From IMG/VR virus record IMGVR_UViG_3300008255_000105: 64,000 nt of DNA, one strand, 5' to 3'. Numbering within the stretch: the stretch's first letter is position 1; every line of letters begins with the position of its first letter. Position numbers and translations under genes: made by a program. Source of the stretch: a virus (taxonomy: Duplodnaviria; Heunggongvirae; Uroviricota; Caudoviricetes). The notes beneath the pieces were generated by a model, which had not been told where the DNA came from, ran no database searches, and saw only the letters and a list, made by a program, of their open reading frames with translations. This document shows positions 10,495-20,709 of the stretch, piece by piece.

Positions 10495-10721
10495 AGAGCC
10501 AACATATCAAAGAAGTTGTTACTAGTCCCGACTTGCGTTTCTTGATTCATATTTTCATCTTTTTTTGGCAACTCTTCTTTTAATGAATCAGATAATTCTT
10601 CTAATCCTTTAAACATCCTATCTTCAAAATATTTAGAATAAAACACCACAGTGTTGACGCTATTAAATATCTGGTATGGTTGTGGATTCATCCTTTCCCT
10701 CTCTCTCTTCGTTAAAATCAA
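10491..10721 (-). CDS. hypothetical small protein (76 aa)
   Basis: ORF; overlapping (coupled) arrangement. Confidence 0.4.
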   Translation of the reverse strand: MILTKRERERMNPQPYQIFNSVNTVVFYSKYFEDRMFKGLEELSDSLKEELPKKDENMNQETQVGTSNNFFDMLAL

Positions 10722-10998
10722 GATCGTCGAAAATATTTAATTCTTCAGATTTATTTTCTTCAATGATAACATCATCTTTTTTCTTCTTTTTCTTTTTCTT
10801 CTTCTTTGTATATCCTAATTTCATCTCAACTGTTCTCCACTCCTAAAAGAATGGGTCTTGGAAAGCATTGCCCGACGCACCATTTCATCAGGATTCTATC
10901 CAAGACCCATCCTATTATACATCAGGGGGCTGCCGTCAGCCAAGGAATTTTTGGAAGTAATAGGTTATTTCATTCCCAATGTTGAATTATAAATAACG

Positions 10999-11832
10999 GT
11001 GATAAAAATGAAGAAAAAAATAAAAATTAGTGAGCTAATTAGATCGTCGATCAAGAAAGATTTAGATGGAGAACATCGTAGTTCTGATGAATTAATCAAA
11101 ATATCAGCACCGTTTTTAAGAGATATGTGGGACAAAATAAAAGGTTTTGGAGAAGAGGTCTCACATGGAATTAGCGCACAATTTTCTGCAATTGATGAAA
11201 TTGATAAAATAACAGATGAAATTGATGAATTCTTATCATCTGCAAATTTTGAAAATGAAGAGGATGGGAATCAATATGATAATCCATTTGGTAATTTCTA
11301 CAAAGGAAGCAATGAAGAATATGTCATCGAAATTCCAACTAAAAACAATCAAAAATTAAGAATAACAATTAGAGATCCATTAGACCCAATTTTAATTGAA
11401 AAATTATTTTCTTTTAGAGATGGTAGAACAGAATGGAATCCAATTGCTACAATTTCAATCTATGATTTACCTAAAACTTATGAAAAATTTATTCACCCAG
11501 AAGAATCAAGACTCTCTGCTTTAGATCGAGGAATTAGTTTAAACACCGAGCAAGATCCAACAATAGAACGTGGGATTAGTTTAGCAGATCCAAAGAATGA
11601 CTTGGAAGCAAGTGTTAAATCTAAATTTTCCAAAGTATCTTTTGTCCCGCAAGAAGTTTCTAAAACAAGAGAAAAGGCGTTACAACATTTTTATGGGAAT
11701 CCTAACCCAACACCAGAAAGATTTAAAGAAGAGTTAGCCCCACGAGAAGCAACGAATATGTTATCAATCCATGGAAAACAGGCGGTGGAGAAGCAACCTT
11801 GGATGTGGGGAATAGAAAACAAATTGAACTAG
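10999..11832 (+). CDS. hypothetical protein (277 aa), first gene of the plus-strand block
   Basis: ORF; divergent from the minus block. Confidence 0.5.
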   Translation: MIKMKKKIKISELIRSSIKKDLDGEHRSSDELIKISAPFLRDMWDKIKGFGEEVSHGISAQFSAIDEIDKITDEIDEFLSSANFENEEDGNQYDNPFGNFYKGSNEEYVIEIPTKNNQKLRITIRDPLDPILIEKLFSFRDGRTEWNPIATISIYDLPKTYEKFIHPEESRLSALDRGISLNTEQDPTIERGISLADPKNDLEASVKSKFSKVSFVPQEVSKTREKALQHFYGNPNPTPERFKEELAPREATNMLSIHGKQAVEKQPWMWGIENKLN

Positions 11833-12272
11833 ATGCTAACACTTGGATGGATGAAGCCTTTCTTCCACCAGAACACGGAAAAAGATTAACATACGAATCT
11901 AGAAGACCAGGGCAATGGGGTTACGATGTCTTTTCACCTGAAAACTTTACTTTAACAGGGGAAGAAGATTTAGACACAAGAAAAGAGAGAGAAGAAATCT
12001 TCCATCAATTTGATCCGAATAACGAAGAAATGCAAAGAATGAAAGAAAATAATGAAAAAATTGAAACAGAAAGAGAAGGAAAAGAACAAAGATCTCTTGA
12101 AACAGAAACAATTGAAAGACAAAAAAATAAACTGATCAAAGAATTAATTGCTAAATATCCTGAAAAATTCAAAAAAATCATCCTAGAGTTAAAAAGAATT
12201 GATTCATCTGAAATTTCTTTAGATGAATGGAAGAGGTTGTTTAGAAAAATAAAAAAACAAATGGGGAAATAA
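11799..12272 (+). CDS. hypothetical Lys/Glu-rich protein (157 aa)
   Basis: ORF. Confidence 0.45.
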   Translation: MDVGNRKQIELDANTWMDEAFLPPEHGKRLTYESRRPGQWGYDVFSPENFTLTGEEDLDTRKEREEIFHQFDPNNEEMQRMKENNEKIETEREGKEQRSLETETIERQKNKLIKELIAKYPEKFKKIILELKRIDSSEISLDEWKRLFRKIKKQMGK

Positions 12273-12872
12273 ATGAATAAAATATATAATTTGATTATTA
12301 ATTTAATGAAGACCGCTGATCTAGCTGATCGCAAAGATTTAAAACAGATATCTGAAAGTCTCGATAAAATAGCCTTTGAATCAGGGAAGCTGATTAAAAA
12401 GTCTTTTGGGTTTAACGTCCCACAGCAATCTAATGGTTTTCAAGGTGCTCAACAAACCCAACAACAACCTCAACAACAACCTCAACAGCCGGTAAATGAA
12501 TTCCAAAGAATTCATGCGTTTATAGAGCGTTGCGGTCAGGATATTTTTAGTCTTCAAGAACTTTTTCAAAATGACCCGCAAACAAGGGAAGCAATGATCA
12601 ATGCACTCGGTTATTTAAATGGGCTTGATCAAGCATTTACACAAATAGAGAGGGCTTACAATTATTTAGCTGAAAATCCGAATGCAAATCAAAATGTTCC
12701 CACCAATCAACAAGCGCCTAATTATTCTACTGCTCAACAACAACAGATTTATAATAGTTTGTCACCAGAACAAAAACAAATTTATGATAGATTGACACCG
12801 GATCAAAAAGCAACTGTTAACATGTATGGGCAAGAAGCACGAACCTTAAATAATCAATGGGGCGGTCAATAA
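12273..12872 (+). CDS. hypothetical Gln-rich protein (199 aa)
   Basis: ORF starts 1 nt after the previous stop; QQPQQQP coding repeat. Confidence 0.5.
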   Translation: MNKIYNLIINLMKTADLADRKDLKQISESLDKIAFESGKLIKKSFGFNVPQQSNGFQGAQQTQQQPQQQPQQPVNEFQRIHAFIERCGQDIFSLQELFQNDPQTREAMINALGYLNGLDQAFTQIERAYNYLAENPNANQNVPTNQQAPNYSTAQQQQIYNSLSPEQKQIYDRLTPDQKATVNMYGQEARTLNNQWGGQ

Positions 12873-12876
12873 TCGG

Positions 12877-13383
12877 TTAAATCATAACAATACATAAATA
12901 ATCAGTTTCCTGAAAACAATTAATTAACAAATTATCTATTTCAAATTCATCAATCCCTAACAACTCTTTGGATAAATCTGGAATTAAAAAAATCAAACTT
13001 TTTCCATAAGATTTAATTTCAGGAATAATATATGAAAAAATGGAGCTTTTTACTTTTTGTAAATTTTTAGAAATAATTTTAGGATCGCATTGTTCTGATG
13101 GTGTCTCTCTAACTTTAAAGTTAAGAAAATATTCATTAAGCAAAGATTTAAATAAATAAACCTTTTCATTTTCTATTGGGTCTGATTGATAACGATTTAA
13201 ATATCCTCTCTTCATTTGATCATTATTAATTGATATCCTTCTTGAGAAACCAGTTTGAAATGGTTTTGATGAAATTAACGGAACTGCATACGCATATCTA
13301 TATTTTTTTTCGAAATTAATCTCATTTTCTGGTCTAAAAATCAACATACAAACATTCCTCCTATTTACTTCCATAGTTGACAT
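12877..13383 (-). CDS. hypothetical protein (168 aa)
   Basis: ATG at 13383 with GGAGGGAG SD supplied by the repeated 50-bp motif. Confidence 0.5.
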   Translation of the reverse strand: MSTMEVNRRNVCMLIFRPENEINFEKKYRYAYAVPLISSKPFQTGFSRRISINNDQMKRGYLNRYQSDPIENEKVYLFKSLLNEYFLNFKVRETPSEQCDPKIISKNLQKVKSSIFSYIIPEIKSYGKSLIFLIPDLSKELLGIDEFEIDNLLINCFQETDYLCIVMI

Positions 13384-13384
13384 G

Positions 13385-13436
13385 CTGACATACTCCCTCC
13401 GCTAAAGCAGGAAGGCTTTCTAGCCGTGTTCTTTGT
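13385..13436 (-). promoter_or_regulatory. repeated 50-bp leader motif, copy A (SD sequestered in a hairpin)
   Basis: ctgacatactccctccgctaaagcaggaRggctttctagccgtgttcttt; minus-strand RNA folds CCCUCC...GGAGGG over the SD; second copy at 47627-47676. Confidence 0.4.
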
Positions 13437-13533
13437 AAATTATACCTTGTTGTGTCAACCAAAAATTTATGTTTTGCAGGGAATAAAATTTTTTGTTAGA
13501 ATTAATACTTTGATCCTTTGGAGGTTTTTCAAA

Positions 13534-14535
13534 ATGGAATTTAATAAAAAAGTAGATAGGGCTTTGTCTGATTTAACAAAATCTTCACAATGGTGTGATG
13601 ATCATTTTAATGAAGGATGGGGAAATCTTGCAAATTGTTTTGATGATACTATTTTGCTTTTATCTGCATTTTCATCTAAAGATAAAAAATTAATTAAATT
13701 AAATCAACAAAGAATTAAAATGGGAAAAATATCTGGTCTCCCTCAAATATCTCTTGATGCCATCTTGGAGAGTGGGGGTAGGAAAATTCTAGAGAATATT
13801 GTCCCCCTCGGCGAGAGGTTCTTGCAGCATCAAACTGGCGGTGGGGACCACATGAAAGACGAGAGGAAAGAAGTTCCAGGTTGGAGAGACAAAGCAGGAA
13901 GAGCTTTAGATTATGGGACTACATTTTCAAGGAACCCAGGTTTTTTGAATATGGTCGGCGCTGGTCTAGGGGAATATCTAAAAGGTGGTGATTTAAAGGG
14001 AGTTGCAGAAAAAGCTGGATTGGCAAATCTTCCATACGAAGTTAGAATCGGTCTTGAGACATTTGAGGGATTAATTCCATTGGTTGAGGAGGTTGCCCCT
14101 GTTCTTAATCAGTTCACAAATTATAATGTCTCAGAAATTATTAACAAAATGAAATCTATAATCCCACAAGTAGCTGCTGCTATCGGTTGGGGTTTGTTAC
14201 TCAGGAAAATCATGGGGCTTGGTGGGGGAGATCAAATAGACGAAAAGAATAAAGATCATAAAATAATAGATGATTCAGTCCCAGAAGCTCCAAAACCCCA
14301 AGAATCGGGAGAACCAACCAGGGTCATGCCATCAAATTCTTCAGACGGTTTTGCTAATGATGTTTCTGATTTTGGTTTAGGATCAGAAAAACAATTGGGA
14401 TTGAGAAGAGAATCTTCAAAAAAATCATCAAATCCATTAGTTTATGTTGCAATAAAAAAGAAAAACTCAAATGGGACCATTAAAAAAGAACTTGGGATTT
14501 TGCCATACTCACTTGCTAAATTGATGAATGATTAA
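13534..14535 (+). CDS. hypothetical protein (start moved to M37 of the listed ORF)
   Basis: GGAGG lies 9 nt upstream of ATG 13534; the upstream part of the listed ORF overlaps the divergent promoter region. Confidence 0.5.
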   Translation: MEFNKKVDRALSDLTKSSQWCDDHFNEGWGNLANCFDDTILLLSAFSSKDKKLIKLNQQRIKMGKISGLPQISLDAILESGGRKILENIVPLGERFLQHQTGGGDHMKDERKEVPGWRDKAGRALDYGTTFSRNPGFLNMVGAGLGEYLKGGDLKGVAEKAGLANLPYEVRIGLETFEGLIPLVEEVAPVLNQFTNYNVSEIINKMKSIIPQVAAAIGWGLLLRKIMGLGGGDQIDEKNKDHKIIDDSVPEAPKPQESGEPTRVMPSNSSDGFANDVSDFGLGSEKQLGLRRESSKKSSNPLVYVAIKKKNSNGTIKKELGILPYSLAKLMND

Positions 14536-15321
14536 TCATTCATCAATTAAAAGATCTTCTAAAATTTGTTCAATTTGTTCTTCGGTGTATCCCCACACTC
14601 TTCCAAGTTTTCTTATTTTTTTAATTATTTCCCTTTGATTGAAATTTTCCCAAAGACTTTCTGGGTCGTAGCCAACCAAGTCATGTGATTCGATAATTGC
14701 TTCAATCAATCCTGGATCAATAATTTCATTATTATAAACAATCTGTGATTCATCTTCTTCATCTGATTTCCCCCAAAACCTCCAACCAAAAGGCATCCCA
14801 TAAATTGGATTTGGGAATTCTGTAATATCTATTAAAAAACTTCCATTATCGTCTTCGGGCCACATCAAATCTTCTTCTCCAATTTTATCTTGATGCAAAT
14901 ACCATAGATAAGGATTAAAATTCATAAGGCCATTACTTTGATCTGATAAAAAGATATCATAAACATAAGAATAAGATTGGGTAGCATCCCAGGGTGAAAA
15001 ACCATAACTTGAAATCAAGTCGGTGAATTGACCTAAAAAGTTTTTTCTTTCATCAGAATTGATTTCATTCCAAAATCCTTTTATTTTAACGAAAATATCT
15101 ATATCTTTTGTGTCAGCGTCAAGTTCCTCTTCTTTGGCTAGTGCAGGTGAGCCAGTTGCATAAGCATTTTCAACAATTTCTGGGAAACTATGTTTCAAGA
15201 CTTGACATATTTCAATAGCAAAAGATAAGGCAATCCTTTTGCTAACATCAGCCATACTAATTTTCATTAGGAAATCGACTGTTGTATGTTTGCCTTTTCT
15301 TTCTAGATCACCTGAATTCAT
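14536..15321 (-). CDS. hypothetical acidic protein (261 aa)
   Basis: ORF. Confidence 0.5.
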   Translation of the reverse strand: MNSGDLERKGKHTTVDFLMKISMADVSKRIALSFAIEICQVLKHSFPEIVENAYATGSPALAKEEELDADTKDIDIFVKIKGFWNEINSDERKNFLGQFTDLISSYGFSPWDATQSYSYVYDIFLSDQSNGLMNFNPYLWYLHQDKIGEEDLMWPEDDNGSFLIDITEFPNPIYGMPFGWRFWGKSDEEDESQIVYNNEIIDPGLIEAIIESHDLVGYDPESLWENFNQREIIKKIRKLGRVWGYTEEQIEQILEDLLIDE

Positions 15322-15401
15322 AAAAGATAATTCTTTTTTTGTTTAACTAATACTTTTATTATTCTGATAAAAGTACCCAATGACAAAATTATTTTTTAAA
15401 T

Positions 15402-15887
15402 CTAAAACAAACTCCCAGAATCATCAGCCTCAAGTTTTGTCCTTGCTTTCTCGTCTTTCTGATCTTTGGTTAAAATTTCGCCATAACATTCAGAAACTGT
15501 TGAAACCAAATCTAAAATCTTTCCAAGTTGTGTCTTTTTTCCACTCGTAACTATTTTATAGCACTTCCCAATTTGAATTTTATCAGCAGAAGCCAATGTC
15601 AAAGGATAAACCTCAATTGATGAAGCAGATGGGATCGGGATGATATCCCCATCTTCATCAACGCTTACAGGGGATCCTCTAACCGTTAGATATTCATCAG
15701 AAATTTCTGTTTGGGAGATGATTAAGATAGTAGAAATTTCAAATGGTTTTGTTTTAGATTCATATGTAGATTTTAAGAAAAAAGGTGTTATAATTGATGC
15801 AAACATAGCAATTATTGAAATAACAACTAACAACTCAACTAGACTAAATCCTCTTCGTTTCCTGATCATTTCGGTCCTCTCTCTCAT
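15402..15887 (-). CDS. type IV pilin-like protein
   Basis: N-terminus KRRGFSLVELLVVISIIAM matches the class III prepilin signal (G F-x-L-x-E-L-L hydrophobic). Confidence 0.7.
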   Translation of the reverse strand: MRERTEMIRKRRGFSLVELLVVISIIAMFASIITPFFLKSTYESKTKPFEISTILIISQTEISDEYLTVRGSPVSVDEDGDIIPIPSASSIEVYPLTLASADKIQIGKCYKIVTSGKKTQLGKILDLVSTVSECYGEILTKDQKDEKARTKLEADDSGSLF

Positions 15888-15891
15888 GCTT

Positions 15892-17835
15892 TCAGATAGT
15901 TTTTAGTCTTTCTAGTTCATCAAGTTTTAAGAAATAGAACCCGAAAACAGTAGGATACTGCAAGGTTCTTTCTGTGTCAAGATCAATATCTTCCAAATGA
16001 GTTCCCTGTGGTTTTTGAACCCACTTATGAATGTTGCCAAAGAATCTAATAAAAAATTTTTTCACCCAATCAACGATTTGGTTGTGTAAATAATCTTCAA
16101 ATTTTTCAAAGAGGATCAATGCTATTTCATATGGTGATTTCCCATGAGTTACCAATAATTCATAACAAGAGTCTAAAACTTCAAATGGCATTAATTCTCT
16201 TTCATCTTCTTGGTTTTCTGCAAGTTCCGCAGAAGCAACAGTTTTGTAGATCAATCTAGCAAGAACAATCGCAAGTTGTGCGCTCTGTTCGTCGTTTTGA
16301 TTTGCAAGTGCTTTTAGATAAAAATACTCCAAAATTTTGTTAATCTTTGTTTTTCGGCAACCAGAGATTGGGGCAAAATCTCCTTGCATATCACCAAGTT
16401 TTGTCGCATACCCAACGGCTGTTTCCGACATATTGCTTGTGCAGAGCACAAGCCCTCGACAAATATTTGAAAGATTGGCAATTTTTGTTGCACGGATTCT
16501 CGCTTGTATATTTTGATCTGCAATTCTGTAATCCGCCTCTCCAAAACCAAGCCCTTCATTCAATTTACGCAAATCTACTGATTCTCTTTGAAACGGTTCA
16601 GCAATTGATTGTTCGTAAAAATTAAGACCAAGTGTTTCACATAAATCCTTTGAAATATTTCTGGTAGCATCAGAGTTATAAGATGTTGGGAAAGAGACAC
16701 AGGTAACAACATCGTGAGGATTCAAATTATTTCTGATTGCCCATTCATAAGCTAAAATTGCAACCAAGACAGAATCTCGGCCACCAGAAATAGAGATTAA
16801 CATCCTATCAAAAGTACCAACTTTTCTGAAATAATCACCCATTCCCATAATAATTGCATTAATTATTTCTTCGATTTCATCAAAAACTACAACTTTTTCT
16901 TGTTTTTTAATTCTTGATCGATCAATGTTTATTCCCTGTGGAATTTTGACTGTATAAATAGAAGGAATTAACTTTTCTCTTTCAATAAAATCTTCTGCTT
17001 GACTTTTCCAGGTTGTATCTCTTGCCCTTGATGCCCAGACTTCATCAAAATCAACATCTTGGATAACAATTCCTGGTTGGAATCGTTCCAATTCAGCTAA
17101 ACATTCACCCTCTTGAATAATATAGCCACCACCATCAAATGAAAGTTCTCCGTTCCCACCAACTTGATATGCTGCTAGAAGAATCGAATGATCATCAATT
17201 GATCTTTGTCTCAACATCATTTTTCGATTGTTTTCGACTCCTGATCTAAAAGGCGATGCGTTCAAAATAGCATGAACAACTGCGCCTTCATAACCATGGT
17301 GCCTCATTGGCCCATCTGGCACCCAAGAGGTTTCACAAATTTCACAAGAAAAAATGAAGGAACCATTAATTTCAAAAAGGAGATCGCCAAAATCTGGATT
17401 CTCTAAACCAAAACCAATTTTTGTTAAATCAAATTGTTTGCCTTCTGTGGTTGTTCTTTTTTCATAAAAAATACCATAGTTCGGAAGATGTTGTTTGGGG
17501 GTGATACCGACAACTTTACCTTTATGAATCACAAAAGCACAATTAAAAATTCCACGACTCGGGATCGGCAGGAATCCACCAATCACAAAAATTGTATCTA
17601 GATACATTGTAGCTTCACAAAATCTATAAATTTCTTCTATTTCTCGGTGAAAGAAAAATGGCAACAAAAGAAAATCGCTACAAGGATAACCTGTTACACA
17701 ACCTTCTGCATAAACCAATAGATTACAACCAAGATCATTTGCATGAGAAGCATAAGGAAGCATTAAATCTACATTGTTCTTAAAATCACCAACTTTAGGA
17801 TTCATGGAGACAACACCGAGACGTGCTTTTGACAT
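15892..17835 (-). CDS. nadE: glutamine-dependent NAD+ synthetase (nitrilase domain + PP-loop synthetase)
   Basis: 647 aa; SGGRDS PP-loop motif; N-terminal CN-hydrolase-like region. Confidence 0.8.
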   Translation of the reverse strand: MSKARLGVVSMNPKVGDFKNNVDLMLPYASHANDLGCNLLVYAEGCVTGYPCSDFLLLPFFFHREIEEIYRFCEATMYLDTIFVIGGFLPIPSRGIFNCAFVIHKGKVVGITPKQHLPNYGIFYEKRTTTEGKQFDLTKIGFGLENPDFGDLLFEINGSFIFSCEICETSWVPDGPMRHHGYEGAVVHAILNASPFRSGVENNRKMMLRQRSIDDHSILLAAYQVGGNGELSFDGGGYIIQEGECLAELERFQPGIVIQDVDFDEVWASRARDTTWKSQAEDFIEREKLIPSIYTVKIPQGINIDRSRIKKQEKVVVFDEIEEIINAIIMGMGDYFRKVGTFDRMLISISGGRDSVLVAILAYEWAIRNNLNPHDVVTCVSFPTSYNSDATRNISKDLCETLGLNFYEQSIAEPFQRESVDLRKLNEGLGFGEADYRIADQNIQARIRATKIANLSNICRGLVLCTSNMSETAVGYATKLGDMQGDFAPISGCRKTKINKILEYFYLKALANQNDEQSAQLAIVLARLIYKTVASAELAENQEDERELMPFEVLDSCYELLVTHGKSPYEIALILFEKFEDYLHNQIVDWVKKFFIRFFGNIHKWVQKPQGTHLEDIDLDTERTLQYPTVFGFYFLKLDELERLKTI

Positions 17836-17866
17836 CGCAGTTCCCTTTCGACACAGGCCCTTGGGT

Positions 17867-18511
17867 TTAGATTAACAATTCATCAAAAAGTTCTGTATCG
17901 AGATTAGTTAAGCAATTGACTTCAAATTTTGAAAGTTGTTTGCCGTTGATCCACCAACTTTTATTGCCATCAGCTAATTCAATAGCAGGCCCATCAAGGC
18001 GGTGAAGCTGGCCATTTTGCAACCAAGATTTTGAACCATTGGCAAATTCAATTGCTGGGCCATCAAGGCGATGAAGTTTGCCGTTGAGCCACCATTCTTT
18101 TGTTCCGTCAAACCTTTCAATAGCTGGCCCATCAAGGCGATGAGATTTGCCATTCAATCTCCATTCTTTTGATCCGTCGGCATTTTCAATTGCTGGCCCA
18201 TCAAGGCGGTGAGGCTGGCCATTTTGCCACCATTCTTTTGATCCATCGGCAAATTCCTTTGCTGGCCCATCAAGACGATGAGGTTTGCCGTTGATGAACC
18301 ATTCTTTTACCCCATTGGGCCAATCAACAGCAGGCCCATTAAGGCGATGAAGTTTGCCGTTGATGTACCAATGTTCTACTCCCTCGGGTGTTTGATATGC
18401 TGGCCCATCTTCTCGGTGAAGTTGGCCATTTAAAGTCCAAGTTTTTACGCCATTATTCTCGATCCTTAATTTTGGATTTTTTTTCATAGTTAACCTCAAT
18501 TCATCAATCAA
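17867..18511 (-). CDS. MORN-repeat protein
   Basis: about 8 tandem repeats of the form W..NG..HR.DGPA. Confidence 0.75.
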   Translation of the reverse strand: MIDELRLTMKKNPKLRIENNGVKTWTLNGQLHREDGPAYQTPEGVEHWYINGKLHRLNGPAVDWPNGVKEWFINGKPHRLDGPAKEFADGSKEWWQNGQPHRLDGPAIENADGSKEWRLNGKSHRLDGPAIERFDGTKEWWLNGKLHRLDGPAIEFANGSKSWLQNGQLHRLDGPAIELADGNKSWWINGKQLSKFEVNCLTNLDTELFDELLI

Positions 18512-19767
18512 TAAATAGTTTCTTCAAAGAATTCGGTTGAATTATCCCAAACACGTTGATACCTTTCGACTTCACTCTTGGGGCCTTGTGCTTTCGCAAG
18601 ATTGTTGCTAATTTTAACTGTTGAAACAGGTTCGTTGATCATCAAAGAACTTATCACTTCAACTGCTTTAACAATAATTGACAAAGGATCCGCACCAAGA
18701 TCATTCGAGCAATTTGTACCAATCCCGAATTTAACACCAATCCTTCCACTGAAAGCTTCAAATAGTTTTTTAGCAAGTGGGGGATTTAATCCATCACTGA
18801 AAAAGATGACTTTTTTGAGTGGGTCAATACCTTGCGATTGATAGAAAGAAATAACCCTTTTACCGAACTTGAAGGGGTCGCCAGAATCATGCCTAATCCC
18901 TTTGTAAAAACCAGAAAGAAATCCAGCAAAATCAGCAAAAAATGCATCATCACCAAATGTATCCCCCAAAGCTATTGATAATGGTTTCCCATAAAAAAGT
19001 TTCCAATTTCTAAGGACAAATCTTTGTGATTTCCTCAAAGATTCATCCCCACCAATTGCCCCCATTATTGCAGCTATAACCATATACAATTCGTGGGCTT
19101 GAGTCCCGCCTGGAATTTGTACGTGTTTCATAGCTAAATTAATATTTGATGTCCCTAAACAAGAAGGACAATTCTCAACAAAATCCTCATAACATTCTTC
19201 TTGCCATTCAGGACTAAAAGCCCGCCTTGTCCCAAATTCTACCCACTCAAAACCAGGAATAGAATTGAATAATTCAATTTTTTCTTTTCTGCGGCGGCGG
19301 CCTTCTTTTTTAAGTTCTTCCATTTGATTTGGATATTTATACCGATAATAAAGAGCATTGATTATTGACATAATAAAGGTCTCTGAATAACTGGATCTAG
19401 CCCAATAATCTTGAGAGTCGATCAAAAATTGTCCATCCCGAATGTCAACATTGATTTTAGGCATTTGATAATTTTTTAAGAATTCAAAATAATCAGAAAA
19501 ATCTTCTTTCTTATACCCAACCCTGAATGAATCAGCAATGAATCCAATTTCGTTTGCAGAAAACCTTAATGATCTGCAATGATCTAATTCTTCTCTAACT
19601 GCTTCAATTGGAATAACTTCAGCTAATTTATTGTCTTTTTTTCTATTGTTGAAAGCAAATCTAACAATAGGGTCTGGGAATCTTTCTTCAATGAAAGCCT
19701 GCATGGCAATTTTATACCAATCTGTATGCAAAAGAGTTTTGATAATTGGTTCTGGGTTTGTTAGCAT
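18508..19767 (-). CDS. pncB: nicotinate phosphoribosyltransferase
   Basis: HTDWYKIAMQA resembles the PncB N-terminus DTDAYKLHMQQA; start trimmed to ATG 19767, which has GGAGGA 9 nt upstream (the listed ORF begins at a TTG). Confidence 0.75.
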   Translation of the reverse strand: MLTNPEPIIKTLLHTDWYKIAMQAFIEERFPDPIVRFAFNNRKKDNKLAEVIPIEAVREELDHCRSLRFSANEIGFIADSFRVGYKKEDFSDYFEFLKNYQMPKINVDIRDGQFLIDSQDYWARSSYSETFIMSIINALYYRYKYPNQMEELKKEGRRRRKEKIELFNSIPGFEWVEFGTRRAFSPEWQEECYEDFVENCPSCLGTSNINLAMKHVQIPGGTQAHELYMVIAAIMGAIGGDESLRKSQRFVLRNWKLFYGKPLSIALGDTFGDDAFFADFAGFLSGFYKGIRHDSGDPFKFGKRVISFYQSQGIDPLKKVIFFSDGLNPPLAKKLFEAFSGRIGVKFGIGTNCSNDLGADPLSIIVKAVEVISSLMINEPVSTVKISNNLAKAQGPKSEVERYQRVWDNSTEFFEETIY

Positions 19768-19806
19768 CTCTGCTTTCCTCCTCGCCCTCTTCCCCGTTTG
19801 TAGCAA

Positions 19807-19839
19807 AGCCCTGCGGCGCTGTGAGAGCGCCGCAGGGCT
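19807..19839 (-). promoter_or_regulatory. 13-bp perfect GC-rich hairpin in the pncB 5' UTR / vWA 3' end
   Basis: agccctgcggcgc-tgtgaga-gcgccgcagggct; no U-tract on either strand. Confidence 0.35.
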
Positions 19840-19851
19840 TACGATCGGCTC

Positions 19852-20664
19852 TTACCCGAAGAGTCCGCTTGAGGCGGCCCCAGAGAAGCCCTTGGAGCTA
19901 CGACTCATCGTTTGCGTCGTGCGTGAGGCGGCTTGGAACTTGAGCCGGACTTCTCGCTTCAAGGCGTCGGGGTCGGTGACCCCGACGCCGACTTCAACAA
20001 TGTCTTTTTCGGGGATTCCCATTCTTGTGAAAATATCTTTGTAGAAATCGGGCCTTGTTCCACCAATCCCCATAGCTGAAATTGTAATCCATTCATTAGG
20101 AACAATATCGTTTGTGATCAACGGAGCCAATTCTTCGGGGTTGCGGCCGGTGGTGTCGCCACCATCAGTCACAATCACAATCGCACCCCGAGGATCAATG
20201 TTGGCTGACCGAATGACTTCATATTGTGCCAAAAAATCAGCAATAGCAGTTTCAATTGTGGGGATCAATGGGGTTCCGCCGCCGGGGAAATAATTCTGAC
20301 GACTCAATCTTGTCGCCTGCTCAACAGGCATGAAAGAATCTAGCATCCCGTTGTTGAGTGTAAATGTGAGAACCAAAATATCATCCCTGACCTTCGAGGC
20401 TTCCATGCCATCAAGGATACAATTGAATCCTTCAATGATACAATCTTCAAATCCACTCAAACTTCCGCTATCATCAAGAATAATCAACATCAAAAATGCA
20501 CTGGAACTTTCCAAATCATCAGGGTCAATTGTTACAGCATCACGAATTGAAGTTGCAATTCCAGGTTGAGCAATTAGATTGCTTGCAGCCGATGAAAGCT
20601 CCCCATTACCAAATGCTTCATTAAATGCACGCTCAATATCGGTGAGTCCTTGGTTTTCAGACAT
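19852..20664 (-). CDS. vWA-domain protein (TerY-like)
   Basis: MIDAS motifs DDSGSLS, GGTPL and VTDGGDT. Confidence 0.75.
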   Translation of the reverse strand: MSENQGLTDIERAFNEAFGNGELSSAASNLIAQPGIATSIRDAVTIDPDDLESSSAFLMLIILDDSGSLSGFEDCIIEGFNCILDGMEASKVRDDILVLTFTLNNGMLDSFMPVEQATRLSRQNYFPGGGTPLIPTIETAIADFLAQYEVIRSANIDPRGAIVIVTDGGDTTGRNPEELAPLITNDIVPNEWITISAMGIGGTRPDFYKDIFTRMGIPEKDIVEVGVGVTDPDALKREVRLKFQAASRTTQTMSRSSKGFSGAASSGLFG

Positions 20665-20709
20665 CGGGATCGTCCTTTCGCCTTCCGTAGTTTAGATACG
20701 TTCACCAGT

